64,000 nt of DNA, taken from IMG/VR virus record IMGVR_UViG_3300030099_008323, positions 32,001 through 96,000 of that record; one strand, 5' to 3'. Shown piece by piece: positions 34,990 to 46,400 of this stretch. The position numbers and the translations under genes are program-made. Under the pieces are notes generated by a model that saw only the letters and a program-made list of their open reading frames with translations, was not told the DNA's origin and ran no database searches. This DNA is from a virus. The stretch's first letter is position 1, and every line of letters begins with the position of its first letter.

Positions 34990-35931
34990 CTAAATATTGA
35001 TAATTCTATTCAAAAGGTAAGTATCAGAATCAATAGCCACAGACTGGCTTTTTCTTTGCTCAAATGTTTTTATAGGCATCTCTGCTACATCATCATAAAG
35101 TGAAGTATCAATTAGATTAGTTTTAATATTGTGTTTCAATAAAAGATTAATAATAATATTAGTTTTTCTGTCAGCATCATTGTCTAGTGCTAAAAATACT
35201 TTAGTATCATGATTGACAATTTTCTGCAGTAAATATGAATTTTTGTTTAGAGTTGACCCTAGAATCGGTATTGAGTTTTCTCCGGCTCTCACAGCATCAA
35301 ACACTCCCTCTACCAGCACAATATCTTTATCAAAATCAATGTAAAGCTCATTAAAAATTATATCTTTAGAGAAACTAGGGTTTAGATACTTCTTCCAGCT
35401 ACCATCATAGGATCTAGCTATAAAATAATTTAATCTACCACTTTCGTTGAAAGATGGAATAATAATGCGGCCTCCAAACTTACCAGATGCACAGTAACCC
35501 ATCTTCCACCTGATTATATCTTGTTGTGTAAGCCCACGACTATACAAATAATTTAATGGTCTAGTTGCTGTAGAGGGTAGGTTTTTGTTAACCAATGAAA
35601 CAAATTTTTTTGGAAGTTCAATTTTCTGTTCTTCAACCTCGTCAGCCTCACCAAAAAGTTTTTCAACAAAATTGTTAATCTCAATCTGCTGGTCAAATGA
35701 AAGCCATTCTTTTCTGGTTGATAGACTAGCTTCATTTTTGATAATTGTATACAGGTTTCTACCAGACCAATCACAGACCCAACATTTAAAAACATTTTTC
35801 TCAATATTAACTGCTAATTTTTTTTTGTGATGGTTACATTTAGGACAGCTAAAGAGCAATTGAGAGTGGTTTTCTTGAAAATATGCTCCGAGGACCTCTT
35901 TTAATATTTTAATTTTTTTTATTTTTGACAT
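34990..35931 (-). CDS. dnaG: DNA primase (DnaG/gp61-like)
   Basis: Zn finger CPKC...CWVC; GRIIIP...YFIAR; TOPRIM LVEGVFDA...LALDNDA. Start ATG 35931. Confidence 0.88.
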   Translation of the reverse strand: MSKIKKIKILKEVLGAYFQENHSQLLFSCPKCNHHKKKLAVNIEKNVFKCWVCDWSGRNLYTIIKNEASLSTRKEWLSFDQQIEINNFVEKLFGEADEVEEQKIELPKKFVSLVNKNLPSTATRPLNYLYSRGLTQQDIIRWKMGYCASGKFGGRIIIPSFNESGRLNYFIARSYDGSWKKYLNPSFSKDIIFNELYIDFDKDIVLVEGVFDAVRAGENSIPILGSTLNKNSYLLQKIVNHDTKVFLALDNDADRKTNIIINLLLKHNIKTNLIDTSLYDDVAEMPIKTFEQRKSQSVAIDSDTYLLNRIINI

Positions 35932-36434
35932 TGAAGATAACCAGCTTGAGCAATAACCCAACTATCTGCCTTGTCAAAACAGTATGGCTTGGGGTTGCCA
36001 TGCTTAGTATATTCTATAAGAACATCCGAAACATTGTCAATCACATGCTGTATAACAACTTGTTTCGCTTTCACTCCTTTCGGCACTTTAATCCCACATT
36101 TTTTTCTTGCTGATGTAGCGGCGATATATTCAGGCTTTAATTTTAATATGCTGTAGCACAGCCAAGATACAATACCATTAAAGCGTGATAGTGTAGATAG
36201 AGTTTTGGCTGATGAAAAACCACTTCGAAAACTCTGCAGAGATTGTTCAATATAGACTCTTTTAATAAAAAAAGAAGATTTCAGATCGCCAATCTTGTCT
36301 TCGACGACCTTGGCCTTTTCAAAAAAATCTTTGTACTTTCTTAAATCCCAACCTTCATTATAGATGACGTTACCTGCCTCATCAATAATTGTGGCACCTG
36401 TTATGCTAGTGCTAATATCTAATCCTAAAATCAT
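35919..36434 (-). CDS. ruvC: RuvC-like Holliday junction resolvase
   Basis: ILGLDISTSITG, VYIEQ, LSRFNGIV, DKADSWVIA: RNase H-fold acidic catalytic pattern. Confidence 0.8.
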   Translation of the reverse strand: MILGLDISTSITGATIIDEAGNVIYNEGWDLRKYKDFFEKAKVVEDKIGDLKSSFFIKRVYIEQSLQSFRSGFSSAKTLSTLSRFNGIVSWLCYSILKLKPEYIAATSARKKCGIKVPKGVKAKQVVIQHVIDNVSDVLIEYTKHGNPKPYCFDKADSWVIAQAGYLQCQK

Positions 36435-36446
36435 TTATAGATTATA

Positions 36447-37625
36447 TCATATATCAAGCTTGAGTTTAAATGTATAACTTCGTTCTTCTAGCTTTTTAAC
36501 TGGATTTGCTAATGATGCGATTGCAATTAAATTTCTATTTTCGTCGTAAACTCCAACTTTAGAAATATATGTTATTGGTTTAAAACTAGCCGAGTATCCT
36601 TTGTAGCTGCTAGAAACTATATTTTTTATGCCAGCGGTATTATTTTGCACATAAAAACTGCTGCCTGATAATGCATATAAATTGCCAGTAACATAAGTTG
36701 GATTGTTGGAAAAATTCAATTGATTTTCTTTAGCGTGTGCAAACATTGTTATAGTGTTAACATGATTAACACCATTAAACTCTATACTAAAGCTAGAACT
36801 TGGCGCGTGGGAGTGAGCATTTGTGGTTGCAAAATATTGCCAAGAGGGAGACACAAAGCTTGCGCCGGAGCCAGGGCCATACTTGTCTCTATTAGCCGAT
36901 CCGCTTGGACCTTTTAAATCAGCACTTGAGGTTAACACCAAAAAGCCTTCGTTGTACATCGCTACGCCGACAACTTGATTCGTCAATGTACCTGTTGTTT
37001 GTATTATTTCGCCATTTCTGTTTATATCAGAAGCTTCTGCAATTAACGTACCAGTAATATAATATTTTAATTTAATCGAGCCTTTCTTGATCGATGAGCC
37101 ATAAAAAATTGAAGGTATCTGAATCAATTTTATAATATTAGACTCTAAAGAGTTTATTGTTCTATCTTCATAATTATATTGATAGTGCGGGCTTAATCCT
37201 GTATAATAATTTAAACTATTTTGCATGGCTTGCAGAATAGTCTTTTTGCGGCCTGTGAAAGAAGCTGCAAATAAATCAGAATGAATTGAGGAAGTGACAA
37301 CATAACTTCCTTGGATTGTATCCCCCATATCATTATTAAGAGTATAATCACTCAATGAGATAGTGTTAAAGGAAGTAAAATTACCTCTCTTAGTAATAAA
37401 AGGAAATATTAATTGGTTACTCGGCCTATTGACGTTTAAATCGTAAAGATTGACGCAGCCATTAGGTGTGTTACTGTTTTCAAACTCTTGATCAGTGTTG
37501 TTATAATAGATTGAACTTGTATATATAAAAAACTTTGTTTTTGGATAAGTTTTTATAGTATTTATTAATACATCATTTTTATCAAATTTAAAAAAATTAC
37601 CATATTCTGGTACGTGAGATGGCAT
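36447..37625 (-). CDS. Virion protein with tail-collar-fibre-like C-terminal domain (paralogue A)
   Basis: C-terminal NFSNNPTY...YISKVGVYDENRNLIAIASLANPVKK...FKLKLDI; SD GGAGG. Confidence 0.65.
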   Translation of the reverse strand: MPSHVPEYGNFFKFDKNDVLINTIKTYPKTKFFIYTSSIYYNNTDQEFENSNTPNGCVNLYDLNVNRPSNQLIFPFITKRGNFTSFNTISLSDYTLNNDMGDTIQGSYVVTSSIHSDLFAASFTGRKKTILQAMQNSLNYYTGLSPHYQYNYEDRTINSLESNIIKLIQIPSIFYGSSIKKGSIKLKYYITGTLIAEASDINRNGEIIQTTGTLTNQVVGVAMYNEGFLVLTSSADLKGPSGSANRDKYGPGSGASFVSPSWQYFATTNAHSHAPSSSFSIEFNGVNHVNTITMFAHAKENQLNFSNNPTYVTGNLYALSGSSFYVQNNTAGIKNIVSSSYKGYSASFKPITYISKVGVYDENRNLIAIASLANPVKKLEERSYTFKLKLDI

Positions 37626-37639
37626 AAACTACCTCCCCA

Positions 37640-38740
37640 CTAGTAATCTAACCTAACACGTAAAGTAAGCTCAGTGTTTGGGTCTTTTCTAATTGGCTCA
37701 GATAGTTTTGCTACGGCTAACATCTCGTTGTCTGCAGAATAAAGACCTACAGTTGTTATATATGACAAAGGTAAGTCATTAACATTGTTTTTAACAACTA
37801 TTTTGCTGCTGTTAACATATGTCGGATTAGAACTATAATTAAATTCATTGTGGTTGGCCCTACAGAAATAAATTGTAGAATTTAATTCAATTGTATTATT
37901 AAAACTAATGTTATGAATCCTGTGTCTAAAGCCTCCTGCTAGTGTGTCGATAGTGGAGCCAGTTGAAGCAAGCTTTATGCCAGTGCCAGTAGCACTAGCA
38001 AGCGCATGCGCAGGGTTGTGCTTGCCTTCGCCGGCAGCAAAAGAAGCTGGAGTGCCAAACTGGTCTAAGAAAATCGCTGACGTTAAAACGACTACGCCGG
38101 CTTGATAAAATACCAATCCAACGGATTGTGACTCTTCGCCGGCTTGGGCTGATGAGCCTGTGAAGAGCAAGCCATAATCGCCAGCGGGGCTAGTTCTAAA
38201 TTGATTTGCAGATAAGTAATCGCCTATTGTTGTTTTATTTTTTCTAGTTGAACCGTTGCCATCAACTGCTCCAGAAAGATGAAGCCCAATTCTAAATGAA
38301 TTTTTCTTAATTTCATCTTTTGTTAATAATCTAGAAAAATTAACAAAGAAACATTGATTCATAATACCGGTATTATCATCAAGTGTGCCGTCAGAGTCAA
38401 ATTTTCTTATGCTGCCACTTTCGTTGTAGCCCATTAAAACTTGAGCCATTTGATTATAAATATTGAGTTTTTTAGAGTTTTGTATATTTGCGCTTGCGCT
38501 AGCGGCTGAACTATAGCCATATGAAACATCAAAAATGTGGTTAGCTGAGGAACTTAAGAAAGGGTAATCGTAAACTGACTGAAACATTCCATGAGAGAAT
38601 GTTTTTATATTTAGTTCAGTGCCTGGCGTATTCTGATACGTGCCGGAAGCTATCGTACCAGTGACAGGAATTGATTCATGTAGAAGTGTCCTTGTGTTAA
38701 CAACATCATTATTTAATAAAGTTTTAAAAGTGCTGGCCAT
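37640..38740 (-). CDS. Virion protein with tail-collar-fibre-like C-terminal domain (paralogue B)
   Basis: C-terminal EFNYSSNPTY...YITTVGLYSADNEMLAVAKLSEPIRKD...RVRLDY. Confidence 0.65.
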   Translation of the reverse strand: MASTFKTLLNNDVVNTRTLLHESIPVTGTIASGTYQNTPGTELNIKTFSHGMFQSVYDYPFLSSSANHIFDVSYGYSSAASASANIQNSKKLNIYNQMAQVLMGYNESGSIRKFDSDGTLDDNTGIMNQCFFVNFSRLLTKDEIKKNSFRIGLHLSGAVDGNGSTRKNKTTIGDYLSANQFRTSPAGDYGLLFTGSSAQAGEESQSVGLVFYQAGVVVLTSAIFLDQFGTPASFAAGEGKHNPAHALASATGTGIKLASTGSTIDTLAGGFRHRIHNISFNNTIELNSTIYFCRANHNEFNYSSNPTYVNSSKIVVKNNVNDLPLSYITTVGLYSADNEMLAVAKLSEPIRKDPNTELTLRVRLDY

Positions 38741-38750
38741 AATTTTTCAC

Positions 38751-39848
38751 CTATGCTATTTTTACATATCTAATTGGAATATCTAATCTAAATCCAGTGT
38801 TTGCTCCAACAATTCGTACCGTTGAATCAATAAAGTAAGCAGTTTTGTTTGCTAAGAAGCCATCAACGCTTTGATTCGCCAAACCAAGAGTTGTGCTGGC
38901 AGATGCAGCCTCTGATCGACCGATTTGAGTGAACAGATAAGTCGATGAATTAAGCTCTTGCGAAGCATGAATTCTAAGGCCTAAAGTATTTCCTCTAGGA
39001 CCAGCGAAAACTTGTGGGTCGCCAATAGCCTCTAAGGCTGATTGTGTTCTCTTGTTATCTGTTGTCCTAGCATTTGCTGGAGTTGACATGTCGCTTCTGT
39101 TAATGTACGTATTATTGCTTAAATAATAGGAAGCAATATTATCATCGTCAATAAAATTAACTGCTGCAGGAGAATTAACTGTAACAGGCTTAACTCTGCC
39201 TAAACGATAATCTAATTCTACTATAAAAGCTGTCTCAAGTAAATCTGTGTCTAAGCCTATCTCAGGCGCTAGCTCATTTGTATCTAATCCTTGATCAATA
39301 CGAATAAAGTCCTGTGCCTCTGTTTCATTACCTCCGCCGAAGCCTCTAATAACTCCTGTAAACGTAGGTACGGGGTCGCCATCACCGACAGCGCCGCCGA
39401 CGCGAAAAGTTGACAAAGCTTTGTAGGTATCTTGGTCAACAGCAACATAAAACCTAGTGTCAGTCTTGTCAGTAGCAGAAGTTGCGCCAGTTCGATTGTA
39501 CATTTCAGATGAAGCCGGCTGGTTGACGGGGCTACTCGTATTATTTTTATTAACCTTAAGAGTGGGCATAAATAGAATATTAGTTCTTGAAATTGTCAAA
39601 AGCTTAGTTTTTAAATTTGATGTATTGTTAGTAAAAGCCTCTAAAACTGGTGTTTGCAAAATCTGCAAATCGTAAAAAGCACTGCCGCTTGAATGATTTT
39701 TATCATACAAACCATAGTTTATTTCATCATCACCAAAAGCAAATTTGCTTATTTTAAAACTACCGTCACCTTGCGCTAACCTCAATCGACCAGTATCAGT
39801 CAATACCGCATCAAGAATTATATCACCTGAGTTATCTAAAAATGCCAT
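38751..39848 (-). CDS. Virion/baseplate protein with LT..GR...G...F..DD..Y N-terminal motif
   Basis: MAFLDNSGDIILDAVLTDTGRLRLAQGDGSFKISKFAFGDDEINY; SD AGGAG; own promoter motif. Confidence 0.65.
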   Translation of the reverse strand: MAFLDNSGDIILDAVLTDTGRLRLAQGDGSFKISKFAFGDDEINYGLYDKNHSSGSAFYDLQILQTPVLEAFTNNTSNLKTKLLTISRTNILFMPTLKVNKNNTSSPVNQPASSEMYNRTGATSATDKTDTRFYVAVDQDTYKALSTFRVGGAVGDGDPVPTFTGVIRGFGGGNETEAQDFIRIDQGLDTNELAPEIGLDTDLLETAFIVELDYRLGRVKPVTVNSPAAVNFIDDDNIASYYLSNNTYINRSDMSTPANARTTDNKRTQSALEAIGDPQVFAGPRGNTLGLRIHASQELNSSTYLFTQIGRSEAASASTTLGLANQSVDGFLANKTAYFIDSTVRIVGANTGFRLDIPIRYVKIA

Positions 39849-39867
39849 CTGTATACTCCTCTTTAAC

Positions 39868-39875
39868 TAAATAGT
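39868..39875 (-). promoter_or_regulatory. Putative late-promoter motif ACTATTTA
   Basis: Exact motif, 19 nt before ATG 39848. Confidence 0.6.
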
Positions 39876-39922
39876 TAATAATCTTAATTATGTATTATTT
39901 TAATGTTTCTCTTGAATGCAGA

Positions 39923-42900
39923 CTAATATCCGCCTGAGCCGCCGCCGCCTGAGGCGCCGCCTGAGGGGCTGACATTGCCCATACCACCTGGTGTTGGCCC
40001 TGAGGGCATGCCAGTATTTCCAACAATGCCACCAGAGCTTGGAGTGTAACCACCATCTGACTGACTAGAACCTCCTTGATTACCTCCAGGTGTTAAACTA
40101 AGTTGATTTGCCTGATCAACAGTTTGAATGGTGTTGGTGGCTGCTGTACCTTGAACTGGAATTTTCTCAGCTGATACGAGCACTTTTTCCTCTTTCTTTT
40201 CAAATGCAAGGTTAACATCAATCTTCTTGCCGGATGTTTTTGAAGTTAATCTAATTTTATATTTCTTCTTAACATCTTTTGAAGAAAAAATACTATCGAC
40301 ATCAGAATTATCTGAGTTAAATAATTGAATTGTTGAGGGTGATATATACAAATATTTATTAAGCTCTATCCTAGGGTTTTCTAGCTCTGGTACAAGCAGC
40401 GGTACAGTCCTAATTATAGGCCTAACTGCGCCTTGCATATCAACTAACTCGACTAAATATATTTCAGACGGGTTAGATATGTGACCATGAGAGTCAATAG
40501 ATCTAAATGTGTAATAGTATTTTTTATTCGGCAATATAGTCTCTTCATAAACACTACCATTGACAGTCGCATAAAATTCAAAATCTCCATATGATTCTGG
40601 ATGAACTTCACTCCGGAAGATCTGAAAAGAACTAATTGGGTCATCAGAGCCAAATTCAATTTTACCATCAGGTGTAAGCTGCGCATCTTTAATTGTCTGA
40701 AATTGAATTTGATCAGACTCAAGTAACGATATTGGCTCTTGCCTGTACCTATCTACTGAACCATCAAGTAAAATTTTAATCTTGCTATTTACTGCTCTAT
40801 ATGGCACAATATTAACTTGTGGAGGTATTGGTGGTTTGTCAAGAATTGTCATGACAGGAGTCTCAAAAACTTTATCTGCAATTAGTTTAATTGATGGCTC
40901 AACCTTTACTCTTAGAGTCGCAGAAAAGTGTGTAAAATAATTATCATTCTGTGTCCCAATGGCATTATCAGCCATCAAACCTAAACCACCTAGTGTCATT
41001 GCTAGTCCTTGTGGGCCCAGGCCCGGGCCTTCAGCATTTCCAAAACTAATTTTAACTCCCTCAGCTAAACTTTGAAGATCTTCAGTTAATTCAACCGGCG
41101 AGTATGGGCCCTGGAGATCTTCTGGCAGGGCAAAGCCGGCTTGAAGAGCACCAATAGAGGGGAGGAAAATACTTAAATCAGTATAGTCGTCTGAATTAAT
41201 ATCCGGAGTGATTCCAGCAAGAACATCCGGATGAGGGGCGGTCCATTGATATCGGTACTTTGATCCAAAAACTATCCTATGGGCGTGGACAATATATTTG
41301 TATTTAGCCACATTACCATATTTAACTTGAGTATCAATATATTTCATTATATTGGTATCGTCTATATTGGGGAAAAACACATTTTGTATTGGTGTCTCAG
41401 ATCCGTCATTTCTAATGATATATTTTGTTACACTATAAAAAAGATCCTCTGTGTGGGCTGGCTTGCCATCTAGAATATCCTTGTAACTTCTTTTTGTGCC
41501 TTCATATATTTTCAAAATATTTTCTTTTAATGCCGGAACATTAATGTTTTTATTATAAACATTGTCCATATCTCCAGTTAACATAGTTGATATAATTTCG
41601 AAAAAACCTTTATCGCTCTCACTTTGAAGTTGGCATAAGAAATTTCTAATATCATAAGTATCAGTGTTATAATCATCAAAATAGTCTTCTATTTCAATAA
41701 ATTTATCAAGCATCTCAATAACATCAATAATTTGTTTAATATCTTGTACAGGTTGCTGTGCAGGAATATTAACAGGAGAACCATCATCAATATTTTGTTT
41801 TACCGGAGTGGAATTTAAATCAAAGAATCTATATGGTACTGCATAATCAAATTTTTGTGTTGCTGGATCCTGTACTTTTGTATCAATTGAATCAAATATT
41901 GTATCTTCTTCTACGATTGTTTGCTCGCCAGTAACAGGATTAATTATTATTTTTGTTGTTGGTGAAGTAGAGGCTCCAGATTCATCAAATTTATTAGTAA
42001 TATTTTTGTAGGGCAAAGATGAGTCCTCTCTTTGTTTTGAAAGTGACGAGGCAAGATGATACATAAATAAATTATGTAGATTATACTCTTTAATTAATTT
42101 TGATATTGATACATCTCCACCCTTTGCAGTTGAGCTTGTATTTTTTTCAGTAGAAAATTCTATTTCATTATAAAAAGGAAAATAATTTTTGTATTTATCA
42201 ACCTTGTTCATTATTGGTATGATATTAGGGTCAAATAAAACATTCATCATACACTTTTCTAGAAATTGAAATTTCTTGTTGAAAGCAAAATCATTGTTAA
42301 ACTTATTGTCTGTGGTTAGTCTGAAAGTGTATTCATTAATATAACTCTCAAATAGGCCATCAATGTCAACACCAGTTGGTTTTGGTCTTTTTTTGTATGG
42401 ATTAAACGCCGTGGTAGAATCGTATGGCGCACTTAAAATTTTATTAATAATATTGGAAGTTTTTTCTATTTTTGTGGTTTTAGCAATATCATAATCAACC
42501 GAACCTATAGAGCCATATAAAGTTACCAAAGTCTCAAATGGGTAATGAAAAAGAATATTATTAATGGCATCAGCGCCAGGCTTGTTAATTTCACTATAGT
42601 CTGCAAGCAAATCACCTTTATCATAAAATTTCTTTATCGCGCCGATTGTTTGGTTGTATTTTGCTTGCTGGCCGGCTAAATAATTTGTATCACCCTCTAA
42701 AATCTCTTGGCCGGCGATGATTCTTAGAAAACCGTATACACTAGGTAAGGAATTATTTAATTCGTTACGATTGGCGATCGCTGTTTCGTAATCAGCACTG
42801 TTTATTCTTTCGTTGTAGTATGTTTTATAGTTAGCTATAGAAATATTTGGGCCTGTCATGTTAAACTGCAGCTGCTCTTTTGGTGTAAAAGGACGGCTTG

Positions 42901-43450
42901 TAACGTAATAATGATCAAAAAAATCTTGAGATGTGTCAATAAGCGGAGGTACAAAGTCTCCGTTTGATTTAATAACACCCGTCTTAACTGCTGCCAGCCA
43001 AGAAAAATAACCTCCACTATGTCTTTCGGCTTGTGCTTCAGGTAATCCCAATGAAGACTCGCCAATCTCATTTAAATCACAATAAAAAGATATTTTCTCA
43101 ACTGTCGATTTTTTATTACTATCAAGCTCAAATGAAACGTCAGCACAGTGTTCTAATTGTATTTTGTGATTGTAGAAATACCTGAGAGGCCTCCAATTAT
43201 TTCCAAAAGACTCTTTCTCTGTATTTTCATTTTGCCTAGCTAGATCCCAATATTTGCCTAAAGCTATTCTAGCAAAATCTTTTTTAAAGTCGCCAAGCCT
43301 TAAATTTGATAAATTAGTAATTCCTATTACTTGATCAATATACTGAGGGTCATACCTGCTAAGATCAGTAGAACTTCTAGGCACTTGGGCATATGAAGTA
43401 GCGTCGACCACTATTTTCTCTTTTCCTACTATATTATCTTGTTGAGCCAT
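39923..43450 (-). CDS. Large hypothetical virion protein with FN3-like C-terminal region and Gly/Ser tail
   Basis: About 1175 aa; PPIPPQVNIVP...FQIFRS...KYYYTFRSIDSHGHISNPS resembles fibronectin type III. Start ATG 43450 preferred. Confidence 0.65.
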   Translation of the reverse strand: MAQQDNIVGKEKIVVDATSYAQVPRSSTDLSRYDPQYIDQVIGITNLSNLRLGDFKKDFARIALGKYWDLARQNENTEKESFGNNWRPLRYFYNHKIQLEHCADVSFELDSNKKSTVEKISFYCDLNEIGESSLGLPEAQAERHSGGYFSWLAAVKTGVIKSNGDFVPPLIDTSQDFFDHYYVTSRPFTPKEQLQFNMTGPNISIANYKTYYNERINSADYETAIANRNELNNSLPSVYGFLRIIAGQEILEGDTNYLAGQQAKYNQTIGAIKKFYDKGDLLADYSEINKPGADAINNILFHYPFETLVTLYGSIGSVDYDIAKTTKIEKTSNIINKILSAPYDSTTAFNPYKKRPKPTGVDIDGLFESYINEYTFRLTTDNKFNNDFAFNKKFQFLEKCMMNVLFDPNIIPIMNKVDKYKNYFPFYNEIEFSTEKNTSSTAKGGDVSISKLIKEYNLHNLFMYHLASSLSKQREDSSLPYKNITNKFDESGASTSPTTKIIINPVTGEQTIVEEDTIFDSIDTKVQDPATQKFDYAVPYRFFDLNSTPVKQNIDDGSPVNIPAQQPVQDIKQIIDVIEMLDKFIEIEDYFDDYNTDTYDIRNFLCQLQSESDKGFFEIISTMLTGDMDNVYNKNINVPALKENILKIYEGTKRSYKDILDGKPAHTEDLFYSVTKYIIRNDGSETPIQNVFFPNIDDTNIMKYIDTQVKYGNVAKYKYIVHAHRIVFGSKYRYQWTAPHPDVLAGITPDINSDDYTDLSIFLPSIGALQAGFALPEDLQGPYSPVELTEDLQSLAEGVKISFGNAEGPGLGPQGLAMTLGGLGLMADNAIGTQNDNYFTHFSATLRVKVEPSIKLIADKVFETPVMTILDKPPIPPQVNIVPYRAVNSKIKILLDGSVDRYRQEPISLLESDQIQFQTIKDAQLTPDGKIEFGSDDPISSFQIFRSEVHPESYGDFEFYATVNGSVYEETILPNKKYYYTFRSIDSHGHISNPSEIYLVELVDMQGAVRPIIRTVPLLVPELENPRIELNKYLYISPSTIQLFNSDNSDVDSIFSSKDVKKKYKIRLTSKTSGKKIDVNLAFEKKEEKVLVSAEKIPVQGTAATNTIQTVDQANQLSLTPGGNQGGSSQSDGGYTPSSGGIVGNTGMPSGPTPGGMGNVSPSGGASGGGGSGGY

Positions 43451-43471
43451 AAAAATTCTCTTTTTCAATAT

Positions 43472-43479
43472 TAATTAGG
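43472..43479 (-). promoter_or_regulatory. Putative late-promoter variant CCTAATTA
   Basis: Degenerate motif 21 nt before ATG 43450. Confidence 0.4.
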
Positions 43480-43493
43480 TTACTAATAATTTA

Positions 43494-46400
43494 TTAGCCA
43501 TTGTATGGGCCGGCGCCTGAGCCGCCTACAATTATGCTCTGGGAGCCTCCAGACATAGATGAACCTTGGCCTTGTTGATTCAACTGCTGACCAGGCGCGA
43601 GCTGAATTTGAGGCGCGCCGGATGCCGGCGAAGCTTGTGTTGCATTTTCTTGCACTTGCTGACTTTGTGCAGTCAAATTGCCTATTGAATGCTGTTGATT
43701 TTGTTTTCGCCACAGTGCTGTACTTGCCGGAGAGACCACACTCGATTTAAAGCCAAGCTCTAAAGGAATTATAACTTGCTGGTGATTAGGCGTAGAATAA
43801 TCTGAGATAGTGAAGTATTCATTTATAATAGGTATATCAATTCCGTCAATATTCTTTTCTTTATAAAATTTTAATCGACAAAATAATCTAATTCTAGGAT
43901 CTGAACTAACTCTGATTAGATCATCATTTGTTAAGAGTCTCCAATGTGTATTATCTTCTTTTGGAATTGCATCATATGAAAACCCAGTAAATACCTCTAC
44001 AGCTACTGTCATATTGTAGTGAAAAAATATAAAAGATTTATTTTCTTGAGGGTTCTCCAACTTGCTGCGCAATATATCATTTACTTCAGGACCAACTCCA
44101 TAATTTATCCTGTTATTCATATATTTAACCATCTTAAAATTATTTGGTCTTTTCTTGATCTCTACATACCCGCTTTTTACTCCTGCAAAATCTGGAGTTG
44201 GTATCTTTACAATTGATGAATTTTTATTCAGTTCACCAAAATAATTAGTAAGTTGCTCTTCGACTTCGCCATAGCCAGCGGCATCAGAGTATTGATCAGC
44301 CCCAAGAGGATATATATCGCTGAAAGGTCTTTTTACAGTACCATCAATTCTCCCATTAACTGCTCCGGGCTCTTTGTCAAAAAACTTATTAAATATAAGC
44401 TTTTCATGAAATGTAATTCCTAGTCTAGCTAATAAACCTTTGTAAGTGCCAATACTAGGCTTTGACATGATTGGATTATTGAGGTTTCTCACATCAGAAT
44501 GTTTGTTTTCTTTTTTAGTAATAGTGTAGCTAACTAACTCGGCAAATAATCCGTCATAATCCGTGAAAAAATATTCTGGAGCTAATACATCAAAATTATT
44601 TGATAATACCCTAGATACAGAATTATTAGCAAAGCTGCTAAAGAATAAAGCGCTCCTCTTCGAAGAATCTCGGTAATAAAGCGAGGAAGGTGTTAAATAG
44701 CTGTAAGCTGTTGAAGATAAATTATCAGAAAAATCTATAATAACACGTATATCTGGTCCTGAAAAATTTGATTGTTGTGCTTCTTTTATTCTTTCAACTG
44801 AATTGTAGTAGCTAGTATCTGGTACCAGCAAACCAATGTTTGTATTTGCAAAGGAATTATTATCTTTTGCTAGGCCAGTAAACTTGCAAGCATCAAGCTG
44901 GCAGCGGGCTCGGAAGTATTCCACTGATAAGTTTTTTAAGCCAAAAAAGTTTACATTTGTTATAGTGCTTAACCCATCGCCAAGATAATCAACAAAAACA
45001 GTATTTGTTGAGTCCACTCTATTAAGAGATCTAGGATTATCAAAAGTATGATGCTCAATGATTGTTGTTAGTGCTGGTGATGATAGCAGTTCATCTAAAT
45101 TATTAGTTTGTCCAGAGGAATTATTTTCCGTTAAGTCAGAGCCTCCGGGCTTTTGTTTGTTCGCACCTGTTTTAGTTTGTATTTTTTTTATAGCTGTGTC
45201 AAAGAATTTTATAAATAGCTCTATACCCTCAGGAGAACCAAATTCAGGATTAATCATTGATGCTAATGTATTATTTACTTGCGTATCAATGAACTCATCG
45301 GATAGAAGAAGCTTACATTGATTTAAATTGTCAATAGCAGTCTCCCATATGTACAAGCCATCTGAATTTTTTTTGCACACATTTTGAGCCTCACTAATAA
45401 ACTCAGGTTCGAAAGTCCTATAAATCATATTGTAATACGGTTTAAAAAATGATTTTCTATGTTCTTTAGAAATTAAATCCGCCCTATAGTTTTTAACTAA
45501 TTTATTGCTTCTAACACCAGAAAGTGATAAATTGTAATATTTATCTAATTTCCTTCTAGCTTGTTTAAGCTCATGTAAAAATTTGTTTAAAAAATGATAT
45601 GTACCGTCTTTGAAATGTAGTTCAACTCTATATTGATAAACACCTGCAGAGATATCTTTAGTTTCTAAATCTGAAAAACTAAAAAACCTCTTGCTGGTTG
45701 TGCCAGGACTAAGAGACAACTCATGTATCTGTGGGCTTGGTGTCGTAGTTCCATAATCATTTTGATCACCAATTACAGCAATTAATTTTGATGGCTCTTC
45801 ATAAGACGTATCATCTTTAAACTTTTTATAATTACGCCCAATTGTGTGCTCGTTTATGCGATCTCTATACACCTTTAATTCTATCAACCTTGAATTAGAA
45901 AGCACCTCGGGCGCCCAGAGCGGCTGCTGAGCTTTAGTAGCGACTGTATCAGACATGAGTCCCTGTACAGAGCGACGAAGGTCACTATACAACGTAGAAT
46001 TATTTTTTAGCAAATTGTCAAAATCAATAAAAAATAAGCCGCGGGTGCCACCAGATGCGTCGCGCGTTAAATAAAGCTTTGAATATTCATCATCATTGTC
46101 TCTGGTAAAATATTTTTTAGTTTTCTTTTCATAACTACCCAATTCTTTGCCAATTTGTTTTAATTGTAGCTCTGGCCTTGGGCCTAGAGTTGATCGATCA
46201 CCTCGGCCGACTACCCCCAAGACATTTGGTGCCGTAGGTGGAATTAAACTACCTCTAAAATCATCTATTTTATAGTTTGGATATTCAACTAATTCTAATT
46301 TTGGCTGTGATGCACCAGGAATATGCAGCTGGCCTACCATCCACCCTCTATTATAACCAAAAGATCCATCTCCAAAGTATCCTGATGGATCTGGATTATC

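Noticed and set aside
39921-39970. Short CGCCTGAG direct repeats
   Set aside because: They simply encode the SGG repeats of the protein tail.
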